A DNA stretch of 64,000 nucleotides. Source: Armatimonadota bacterium (GTDB lineage Bacteria > Armatimonadota > SYMT01). The notes under the pieces are model-generated. The model worked only from the letters and a program-made list of their open reading frames with translations, did no database searches and was not told the origin of the DNA. Below, piece after piece: positions 9,902 through 18,412 of this stretch. The translations under genes and the position numbers were made by a program. Within the stretch, counting starts at the first letter, position 1; every line of letters starts with the position of its first letter. Where the stretch lies: assembly GCA_046292385.1 (NCBI GenBank), contig JBKBRF010000015.1, positions 1-64,000 on the forward strand, in the 5' to 3' direction.

Positions 9902-12102
9902 CATCCGAACCTTCGCGTCAGAATCGTGCACGGTCGAAGCCGCGAACAGTCGCGGTTTTTCGTCGGCGCGGGACCCTTTTAGAGAATGTTCACCGGGCCC
10001 GGCAGGACCTGGAAACAGGGTCCCATGTATGCCGAAGGATACTTGACACCTTTCTCGCGCTTCCAGTTGCGGATAGGCTTGATCTGTCGTTGCGAGAGGA
10101 AGTGCTGCGGGACGTGCTCAGGACGATGGGTATCGTGCTCAACCAGGTCAGCAAGTACTTCAGCCCTGATGAAGATCAAGCGCGCGCGAGCGGCGAGTTC
10201 TATTTCTGGCCGGGATATCAGATGCTGCTGGCAGTCGGCGGCTCGACGCGACTGACGCTCCTGTGGAAGTCACACGCGGCTTCCCAGGCCATCCAATCCG
10301 GGTTAGCGTTCTACGGAAACGATCCCGTAGACTCCCGGCCGGAGGAGGATGGGAGTTTCTCTAGCACCGCTGTCTGGTTTGACGGCCTGCTGGAAAGACC
10401 GCATGTCTACCAGGATCGTTCGCACCTCCCCCTGGTGCCCGGTGGTACGCACCACTGGATAATTCGCGCCGCGGACGCCTCACCCGGTGACGGGGGTGCG
10501 CCCTACCTCTTAGACCACGCATCCCCGTCAGCGTCAGCCCGGCGCCAGCAACCCCTTCATGTTCTTGCCGTCGAGGTAGGCAACCACCCTTCCCCTCGGC
10601 ACGACTACCGAGCCTTTGGGCAGCTGAGGATCCAACTTGACCCCGACCACCTCGGGCGTGCCGGTCGGCACATCGCAGACGAACTCCGCAACAAGCTGAG
10701 CGCACCATATGTGTGGCCCTCGCCACCCTCTCCTCCATCTGGCCTCACCCAAAGAGCCCATTCTGCCTACGCGCCGTTCCGCCGAGAGCAATGGAGCCGG
10801 TTTACGCCGGGTGACGAGGAGGTTCAGCGACTCCGCGAGGATCTATACAGCTTATGGATTGCCGCGAATGCCGGCCGAATCTCTTACGATTATCCACGCT
10901 GGATACAGGATTGCGAAAGACGGTTCCGGGCAGCGGGGTTGCAAGACCTCGCGGCCTTCATACAACGCGAAGTCGACAGGGCCTGGAAACTCGAAGGGAA
11001 TCTTGGTGGGCGGTATACCCATTGGTATACTCTTCTGCTCGATCGAATCTGTTCCGCGCGGCCGGATGTGAGAGATATCGGCTCTGCTATGATCCTGTCA
11101 TCCTATGCGATCAACCCTTGGTACTTCGCTCTGGTTCGCCCCTGGATTACGCGCGTCTGCCTACTCATGCGGCAGGCGGAGAACGAAACACTGGTAGCAG
11201 CTAAGAGCAGAAGCGAAGTCGCTGCGAAGATCTTCTATGCGCTCGGTCACGCCCTCAAAGAGCCTATGGATGTCTCAACTGGGTTGGTCCAGGAGACTAG
11301 CGACGCCATATCCCAGGAAGATTGGAGCAGTGCCTCGCGTGCGTTTGATGCTTTGCGGGACACCCTTACTGTGGCGAACACCTTGCCGGGCATGGTGCGC
11401 TGGCTTTCGGAGAGATCTCCCGAGGGCAAGAGCGGAGGTTTCGTGAAAGACGGGCTTCCTCATATCTTCGCCTGGGCTGTAGCTCCGACGGAGAACTCGT
11501 TTAGATGTAGTCTCACGACATCAATGGTGCGACAGCGCCTCGAGAGCGCCCTGCGGTACGCGGAGCGCTCTCGCCGTCGAAGCCTCGACGGTCGCATTGA
11601 CGCTGCCATTTGCTCTACACTTCGTGGGCGTGGAGTCGAGAACCTCGTTCGCTGGCTCGCGCCCTCGACACTCCAAATGGTCCGGGATGCGCGTTACTTC
11701 ATCCAAAGCAGCGATCCCCCAGCGGGTGCAGTGATAGCACTCGTTTCTGAGCTGCTAGTGAACGCGGTCCGCTATAACAGTGAGAACCACGCCGATTTAC
11801 GCGTTGTGGTTGCAGCCGACAGTGGGGATCTGTACTTCTTGGTTGCCAACACCAGAGATGCTAGCTGTGAACCGTGCAGTCAGATCTTGCGCGGTACTCG
11901 ATCTGCCAGTACGCAGACCGAGCAGACCGGTCTCCAACTGATGCAGATGACGATTTCAACGCTGAACTGGGAAGCGATTGTAGAAGACTCTGCCAGCAGT
12001 GGTGATTTCGCAGTAAGTCGTCACTTTCTCAACCAAGCAGACTTTGAAGTAGCTAGTAATACTCAGGTGCTGGGTTTCCGCGCACCTTTTAGCAGAGGCT
12101 AA
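9898..12102 (+). CDS. Divergent cytoplasmic histidine-kinase-like protein
   Basis: H-box-like LGHALKEP, N-box ELLVNAVRY, degenerate G1 (LVANT) and G2 (TGLQLM); start overlaps the NCS2 stop (ATGA). Confidence 0.6.
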   Translation: MTSEPSRQNRARSKPRTVAVFRRRGTLLENVHRARQDLETGSHVCRRILDTFLALPVADRLDLSLREEVLRDVLRTMGIVLNQVSKYFSPDEDQARASGEFYFWPGYQMLLAVGGSTRLTLLWKSHAASQAIQSGLAFYGNDPVDSRPEEDGSFSSTAVWFDGLLERPHVYQDRSHLPLVPGGTHHWIIRAADASPGDGGAPYLLDHASPSASARRQQPLHVLAVEVGNHPSPRHDYRAFGQLRIQLDPDHLGRAGRHIADELRNKLSAPYVWPSPPSPPSGLTQRAHSAYAPFRREQWSRFTPGDEEVQRLREDLYSLWIAANAGRISYDYPRWIQDCERRFRAAGLQDLAAFIQREVDRAWKLEGNLGGRYTHWYTLLLDRICSARPDVRDIGSAMILSSYAINPWYFALVRPWITRVCLLMRQAENETLVAAKSRSEVAAKIFYALGHALKEPMDVSTGLVQETSDAISQEDWSSASRAFDALRDTLTVANTLPGMVRWLSERSPEGKSGGFVKDGLPHIFAWAVAPTENSFRCSLTTSMVRQRLESALRYAERSRRRSLDGRIDAAICSTLRGRGVENLVRWLAPSTLQMVRDARYFIQSSDPPAGAVIALVSELLVNAVRYNSENHADLRVVVAADSGDLYFLVANTRDASCEPCSQILRGTRSASTQTEQTGLQLMQMTISTLNWEAIVEDSASSGDFAVSRHFLNQADFEVASNTQVLGFRAPFSRG

Positions 12103-12106
12103 CTAA

Positions 12107-13789
12107 ATGCTGCGACTGGGCAACCTCCGATTGTTGTTTGTCGATAATGATGCGGGATCGCTCCATGCGGCGATGAGTAGCTTCCGCGATGCCGCCGGTG
12201 CCAGTGTTGCAGCGACGGCACTTATCGGCGTGATTGTTGACTACTCCGGTAGCCAGAGCAGCGAATCGGATGAGTTTCCATACGTGGAGCGAATCGTTGG
12301 GTGTCCTAATGTCGAGAAACTCGCTGATAGGATCGCATCGATATACCTTCGCTATCGCTGTAGCATCGCGATCTTAGATTTACATCTGGGAGCGCCATAC
12401 GATGAATCGGAGAGTACCACGGTGCAGCTTTCCGGTGTTGCATTGGCGAAACTGCTGTACCGGAATGCAGGCACTCACTACGTTATTTGGCAATCCAGGC
12501 TCGCTGCGAACCTTGTCATGGATATCACACCGCAGGTAATGCGGCAGGTCACAAGTCCTGCGGGTCCGGATCTTTGTGTAATCGAATGTCCGAGGTCCTA
12601 CATCGTAGAACGGACAATGACGCCGTATCTCATGGCGGCGATGGATGTTATATCTGAAGACATCTTCGATCGTCTCGCGCGTAGCCGCATCGAGTGGCGG
12701 ATTCCGGCCGCGCAACTAGGCGCGCTTCAAACGCTGCTTGGCCGTATCGGAAGTGTCAAGCACGGTCTGGAACATATGGATGGTGGGGAACTCGATAGCG
12801 CCAGGCAGTTCGAGCTTGTTCCCCACTTCGATCCGCCGACACCGTTTGGTCTGTGGCTGCAGACTCACGAAGAGCGTGACGGCGAACCGGACCCCGCAAG
12901 CCTGTTCGCACAGCTCAGGGACCTCCCACCGCTTGGATCGGCTGCTCCCACACAGGAGTTAGATGAGCGCTCTCGCTTGGCGATCGCACTGACAGACTGG
13001 CTGGACGTGAACCTTTGGGGCTTGCCGGTTGATTTGTTGCCGGAGCTTCTAAACCTGGCTGCAGAGGAGGCCCGTGTCGTGCCCGAGGTCGAGTTGTTAC
13101 AGCGTTCAGTAACGACTGGGGAATGTCCTGTCACTTCCAGTCCTGATGATCGGTTTCAATGTCACTTGAATGCGGTGCTAGAGGACCTGTTGGCACTCCC
13201 TGGCTCTATTGAGGTCGCTTCTGGTGAGCGAGAGCCGGAGGCCGGAGGCCGTGCATACATTGCCCGGTGTTCTCGCCAGGGTCTGCTTACAATCTTGGCC
13301 GGACTTCTCGCGAACGCGCATGCAGGCGGTAAGGACGTGCCGGGGCATAAGGTTACACTTCTCGTGAATCCCGCGACATGTGGAACCACGCGGAGCTTGG
13401 TACTGCTGGTGCTGAACCGAGTGCCGGATGCTGTCGATCTTTGCAATCGAATTCGGAAAGCGGCTGTGCCATTCCGTGGTCTATTGTACGTCCAGAGTGC
13501 CATCGAGGGTATGAACCGCCTCGAACAGGGGCGAGACGGATCGACGGGTGGCTGGGCGTTCCGGTGTAGTATTTGGCAAGACGGAGAGTGCCGTTCACAT
13601 GATCCGTTTGGCGGGGAGGGGAACGTGATGGAGACATCTCCTTGGACCGTCGGCGAACTCCCAGCGGAGATCTGGGATCAGCAGGTCGCCGTGCTCCGGA
13701 CAAGAACCGCTGGCGGCGCATTCGTCGCGTCGATGATTCGGGTACCGTTAGAGTCGTCGGGGTCGAAAGGTTCAGATGCTTCCAGTTAA
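12107..13789 (+). CDS. REC domain plus degenerate HK/GHKL-like C-terminus
   Basis: LLFVDND...ILDLHL...SGVALA receiver; VKHGL, LLANAHA, RGLLYV. Confidence 0.6.
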   Translation: MLRLGNLRLLFVDNDAGSLHAAMSSFRDAAGASVAATALIGVIVDYSGSQSSESDEFPYVERIVGCPNVEKLADRIASIYLRYRCSIAILDLHLGAPYDESESTTVQLSGVALAKLLYRNAGTHYVIWQSRLAANLVMDITPQVMRQVTSPAGPDLCVIECPRSYIVERTMTPYLMAAMDVISEDIFDRLARSRIEWRIPAAQLGALQTLLGRIGSVKHGLEHMDGGELDSARQFELVPHFDPPTPFGLWLQTHEERDGEPDPASLFAQLRDLPPLGSAAPTQELDERSRLAIALTDWLDVNLWGLPVDLLPELLNLAAEEARVVPEVELLQRSVTTGECPVTSSPDDRFQCHLNAVLEDLLALPGSIEVASGEREPEAGGRAYIARCSRQGLLTILAGLLANAHAGGKDVPGHKVTLLVNPATCGTTRSLVLLVLNRVPDAVDLCNRIRKAAVPFRGLLYVQSAIEGMNRLEQGRDGSTGGWAFRCSIWQDGECRSHDPFGGEGNVMETSPWTVGELPAEIWDQQVAVLRTRTAGGAFVASMIRVPLESSGSKGSDASS

Positions 13790-14546
13790 GGTTGTGCTCG
13801 TTGACGATAACCCCAGTCCCAACGTGGCGCCCATCCGGCTGGCCGTCGAGGGCGCGTCTGCGCGGCTGGGGGAGCATTGGGATATCGACCTTCAACGCTA
13901 TTTGGTCCCTCGGGGCGACACGGATTGGGAAGCTCACGCCAGACGGGTTTTGGCGCAGGTGCCAGACATCGTACTTTCGGACGGTATGCTCAACGGTTCG
14001 CTCGAGGACGGGCCAACATTGCTGAGGTATCTCTGTTGCACTTACAACTACGCTGGCTTTGCTTATCTCTGGACCGGCGCGAACGAGTCGACTGTAGGCG
14101 GTATTGCTTCCAAGCATAAGGTCCTGTTCGGTCACGTGGGTGCCGGATGCTTTAGGAATAGCGACAGCGATGCGCTAAGCATAAAGATCGAACATGACTA
14201 CCTGCACTGCGGCCACACCTTCAGGATACGTGACGCCAGTGTACGATGCTTTGACCCGCTTGACAGTGCACTCCACCTACTCACGGAGGTTCTCCCCCTT
14301 TGCTTCGAGCCCGACTCTCCCGACCGAACTGCGATCCTGACCCGGTTTCGTTCCTCCGTCACCGCATTTAGGAGCGGCATCAGCGCCCTGACTCAAACCG
14401 GTGAGGAACCCGTGCAGTCGATGCTGAGCAATGTATCGGCTGCCGCGAGCGCCGTGTTGACCAGCAGCGAGGCGGATATGGTGGCACACGTGGAAGAGTT
14501 GCGGGATGTTCTGTTCGCCGTTTGCGCTCGAGTGGGCTACCAGTAG
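13776..14546 (+). CDS. Atypical receiver-domain protein
   Basis: VVLVDDN...DIVLSDGML...DGPTLL...LWTG; helical C-terminal tail. Confidence 0.7.
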   Translation: MLPVKVVLVDDNPSPNVAPIRLAVEGASARLGEHWDIDLQRYLVPRGDTDWEAHARRVLAQVPDIVLSDGMLNGSLEDGPTLLRYLCCTYNYAGFAYLWTGANESTVGGIASKHKVLFGHVGAGCFRNSDSDALSIKIEHDYLHCGHTFRIRDASVRCFDPLDSALHLLTEVLPLCFEPDSPDRTAILTRFRSSVTAFRSGISALTQTGEEPVQSMLSNVSAAASAVLTSSEADMVAHVEELRDVLFAVCARVGYQ

Positions 14547-14556
14547 GTTCGATAGC

Positions 14557-15651
14557 GTGACAGAAGTAGGTGAACAGCACAAGGTCCTGTGGTGTGGCCG
14601 AAAGGCTGATAGGGATCGGTTCGCGCCAAAGGCGGATCTAATCACGCATTCTTTGACGCCACCTCCAGACTACAACGTGTATCAATACATTGTTGTCGAT
14701 GCCAGCTATGGTTGTGGCCGCGCGAGTAATCGGCCGGGGCTGCGGTGGCTGCAGAGATTCCGTCTGGAGAGCGAGGCGACAGTACCGGCGCTGGTCTACT
14801 CTTTCGAAGCGCGTGAGACGCTGGCCAGTCGCTTTTCTCTGCTCAAGCTTGGGCAGCCTGGCATCGGCTTTCTGCGCCTACCCTTCAGTCAAGCTGACTT
14901 CGATTCGGCTACGGCTCGGCTAACGCAGTTGCACCCTGACGAACTTCGGCTCCTCCGACGATGGCATTGTGGGCTTCAAGAGGTGTGGTGTGAAACAGCA
15001 CACGACCTGGGAAATGCCCTCAATGAACGGCCACTATCCAGGACGCACGTCCTAACCCTAGTGGATGACTGGGAGACATCGGTGCGCAGGTTCGCACCGG
15101 ACCAGATCACGAGAGTACAGTGCTTACGAGGCGCTCTGGATGCAGAGGTCCAACAGGTTCGTGCTGCTATCCAAGAATTGGAAGACGGACTGCAGGGTGT
15201 GACGGGACCAATTCTAGAAGATGCGAACCGTTCCACACGGTTCTTCGCCCCTTGTAAACAACCCCCTCGGGGATACGCGGCCATCGTGGTGGTCGATGAC
15301 CAAAAGTATGAGCCATCCACCATTCGCAGGCTCGAGCGGATGGGATACAGCGTGCGCATAGCTCGGACCATAGATGAAGCAACCGGGCTATTGACCTTCT
15401 GGCTCCCTGACGTGGTTCTCACCGATCTGCACCTTCCCACAAGGAGCGCAGGCGAACGAGTCATGCGCGAGGCGTTAGCGGCGCCGAGCGTCAAAGTCGT
15501 GATCGCTATCTCGCGCGCACGAGTCCCAATCTGGGAGCTTCCGGAGGGCGTCGAAGACTGCTGCGGGGGATTGGACTATCAGGATGCCGAACGCATCCAC
15601 CGGCTGATCTGGCGCCGAGCTGCGGCGGAGGGCGTCACAGAGCATGCCTGA
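14557..15651 (+). CDS. Degenerate REC, HDLGN helix and C-terminal REC (start uncertain; ORF open from 14506)
   Basis: YIVVD...GLRWLQRFR...ALVYS; TAHDLGNAL; IVVVDDQ...VVLTDLHLP...VIAIS. Confidence 0.7.
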   Translation: MTEVGEQHKVLWCGRKADRDRFAPKADLITHSLTPPPDYNVYQYIVVDASYGCGRASNRPGLRWLQRFRLESEATVPALVYSFEARETLASRFSLLKLGQPGIGFLRLPFSQADFDSATARLTQLHPDELRLLRRWHCGLQEVWCETAHDLGNALNERPLSRTHVLTLVDDWETSVRRFAPDQITRVQCLRGALDAEVQQVRAAIQELEDGLQGVTGPILEDANRSTRFFAPCKQPPRGYAAIVVVDDQKYEPSTIRRLERMGYSVRIARTIDEATGLLTFWLPDVVLTDLHLPTRSAGERVMREALAAPSVKVVIAISRARVPIWELPEGVEDCCGGLDYQDAERIHRLIWRRAAAEGVTEHA

Positions 15652-18400
15652 ACTCGACGCGGACAACCTTGCAAGCGGACGCGCCGAGCTGGAGCGGTTG
15701 AAAGATGGCATCTCCGACCGACTGGCTCACTGGGACGCGTTACCGACAGTGATCAGCGCAGCCCTGGAGTTTGCCAGGAGAGAGCTTGCCGCTGGCAGTT
15801 CCGATCCGGAGGCGATCCTCCAGGTAGTGCGCGCGCTTGAGCCCTACGAAGCCGCCCCGCAGCTTGCTCTCGAGTCGGTTCGAGACCTGGCGACGAGGAG
15901 CCAGCGTCTGCGACAGCGGCTCAAGGCCGAGGAAGCCTGCGCTAATCTGCGTGATGCCTTACATGCGACGATCGAGCAGCACCTCGGACCTGCGGCTGCG
16001 GGTCTCGACGGCATCCGGCAGGCTCTCCACGAGGCCCTTGCGGAACTCTGTTCCGTCACCGACGGCGCAGTTCAAAGGTCTGTGAAGGCCGCGGCCGCTG
16101 CCCTCGATCGCGCGGACCTATCCACTGCAACCCCTGGAGAATACCGGGCTCTCGTCGAGGCTTTGGGAGCCGCGATAGCGGTTCTTCCCGAGGTCTCGCG
16201 GAAGCGTCCGCCGCGGATGCTCCCACTCCACAGCACACGCCACTTTCGTGTGGTGGTGGTTGAAGACGAAGTGCTTTGGCGGAACTTCGTCTTCCGGGCG
16301 TTAGCAGCGGCCCGGGCAATCCTGGGGCCCACATTCCAGGTGGACGTCGAGTGGGCCGGGAACGTGGCCGACGCGCAGTCCTTGCTGATTGGGGCGCGTA
16401 GTGAGCAGGCCGCAACGCCGCGCCAAGAGGACCCGGTCATTCAGACGATTGCGGTCCTGGACATGGGGCTCCCTGCTGACCCTGAAGATGCGCACGCAGT
16501 TGAGCAGCGAGCGAGTGTTCCGCGTCGCGCCAACGGACACTCGCTCCTACAAGTGCTCAGGTCCTACCGCTCGAACATCCCCGTGATTATCCTGACCGCC
16601 CCACCCTACCTGCTGGACGATCAACTTCGTGCCTGTGAGCAGGGAGTGGCGGACTTCGACTACGTCCTGAAGGGGCCGGACAAACAGGAGCGCCTGGTAG
16701 CCGCACTGCTCCGGGTGTTTGAACGCGGGCAGGGTCATCGCGTCGAGCTCCGGTCGTCTCCAGAGCCGAAAGTATGCATCGACGGGGTGCCCGTACCCAT
16801 GGGAGTGATGCCGTTCAGGACGTTCTATGCCCTCTGCCAGCTCTCGGCGTGCAGTGCCCGGAGTGTCTTCACCCCCGAGCAGATCCTCGACCAACTCGAT
16901 GAGCGCTTCGGCCACGATTATGACTACAAGCGCGCCCCCGAAACGAACTGGGAGTTGGCGCAAGTCCTCGCGCGGAGGCGCAGCGGCAGCTGGTGGCATC
17001 CGAAGTACGCTGGGGAGATCGCGAACCTGATCCGGCTCTGGGCTGTCCGGAAGCGGGACGCACGGGGTGACCCGGTCGCTGCTCTTCACGCCCTGCGATC
17101 CCGGCACGACGGCCGCGTGTGGAGGAACGCCCTTGTTCTATTGGAGCTATATCGGCAGGCGCACCCAGCGCAGGGCCCCTGGGCCAAACAGCCCGGCTGG
17201 TCCGTCAACCTCGACGAGGCGCTGGCTTCCGGCTTCGAGGAAGCGTTCGGCGGGCTGGCCGTCGACGCACGGCCCGGCTACGACCCCGGAAACATCGAGC
17301 GGCACGTACACGAGATCCGCTCAGCCATCCATTCTGCCTTCAATGCGATTCACCGCTTCATCGAGCCGCGCCGCGAGGTCGTGATCCGGCGCGCGGTCGG
17401 CGAAAAGTATGGCTACCGGGTGCTCGGCGAGATCATCGTTACCGCCGGTCCTGACTTGGAACCGGATGAGGATCTCGGTGAAGCCGATTGGGGAGGAACG
17501 CCGGGCGTCGTAGATGTGATCCGGAGGAGGCCGGGCAGCCAGCAAGCCGAACCTCTGACGGTGCTGGTCGTTGAGAACGAGGCGCAGTACCGGGGCCGGA
17601 TCCGATCTCTGCTAGAACGCGCTGGTTTCGAGGTCTACGAAGCGAGCAACAGCGAAGACGCGGTCGCCCAGGCGCGCCGGTGCAGCCCGGACGTTGTCTC
17701 CCTCGATCTCCACATCCCTGCGACCCGCCTGGAATTCGAGCATGACCCGCTCAGTGGTGAGGAAGTAAACGGTCTTAAGGCACTCGAGCAGATCCGTCAG
17801 TTGTTTCGAGACTCAGATCCCGGGGCCCCGCAGGGCGTGCAGGCACGTCCCCGCGTCCTGATCCCGACCACGCTCTACGACCAAGACGTCCTGCGTGAGG
17901 AGGCGGCCCGGCTCGGGGTCCCGGTCTCGAACTTTGTTCCCAAAGGGGAGGCAGTCGGGGGCGCCGCGTGGGAGGGGCACCTCCTTCTCACGGCCTCACG
18001 CCTGCGCCAGGAGATTCTCGCACGCGCAGTCCTCCCGGCGCTGCCACCGTGGCGCTGCCCGATCGTCCAGGTTCGCCCGGGAAGCGACCTTGCATCCGGT
18101 CGGCTCAACCTCGCCGTCAACGGCCGCGAGTGTCCGCCAATGCGGGGCAACCAGGGCAAATTCCTTGCGGTCCTCCTCCAGCATTTCGAGGAGAGCGTAA
18201 GCTTCGAGGATCTGGACGAGGCGGTGTACGGTCGTGATGCGGTGGGAGACGAGCGCAAGAACTTGCTCAAGAATGTTCGCCTGAAGATCCGGACCGAGTG
18301 GCTCCAGATCGAGAAGGCCGACCCCCACCGTCCCGAGCTGGAGATCCTGGAGAGCGTGGAAGGCGGGTTGGTGCTCCACGCTGCTGTGGAAGGACTGTGA
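15644..18400 (+). CDS. Tandem (REC plus OmpR-like winged helix) x2 response regulator
   Basis: VVVEDE/VLDMGLP/IILT/YVLK and LVVENE/SLDLHIP/FVPK receivers, each followed by a wHTH-like segment (NIERHVHEIRSAI...YGYRV; FLAVLLQH...LDEAVYG...NVRLKI). Confidence 0.75.
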   Translation: MPELDADNLASGRAELERLKDGISDRLAHWDALPTVISAALEFARRELAAGSSDPEAILQVVRALEPYEAAPQLALESVRDLATRSQRLRQRLKAEEACANLRDALHATIEQHLGPAAAGLDGIRQALHEALAELCSVTDGAVQRSVKAAAAALDRADLSTATPGEYRALVEALGAAIAVLPEVSRKRPPRMLPLHSTRHFRVVVVEDEVLWRNFVFRALAAARAILGPTFQVDVEWAGNVADAQSLLIGARSEQAATPRQEDPVIQTIAVLDMGLPADPEDAHAVEQRASVPRRANGHSLLQVLRSYRSNIPVIILTAPPYLLDDQLRACEQGVADFDYVLKGPDKQERLVAALLRVFERGQGHRVELRSSPEPKVCIDGVPVPMGVMPFRTFYALCQLSACSARSVFTPEQILDQLDERFGHDYDYKRAPETNWELAQVLARRRSGSWWHPKYAGEIANLIRLWAVRKRDARGDPVAALHALRSRHDGRVWRNALVLLELYRQAHPAQGPWAKQPGWSVNLDEALASGFEEAFGGLAVDARPGYDPGNIERHVHEIRSAIHSAFNAIHRFIEPRREVVIRRAVGEKYGYRVLGEIIVTAGPDLEPDEDLGEADWGGTPGVVDVIRRRPGSQQAEPLTVLVVENEAQYRGRIRSLLERAGFEVYEASNSEDAVAQARRCSPDVVSLDLHIPATRLEFEHDPLSGEEVNGLKALEQIRQLFRDSDPGAPQGVQARPRVLIPTTLYDQDVLREEAARLGVPVSNFVPKGEAVGGAAWEGHLLLTASRLRQEILARAVLPALPPWRCPIVQVRPGSDLASGRLNLAVNGRECPPMRGNQGKFLAVLLQHFEESVSFEDLDEAVYGRDAVGDERKNLLKNVRLKIRTEWLQIEKADPHRPELEILESVEGGLVLHAAVEGL

Positions 18401-18412
18401 GGCGGGCACCCT

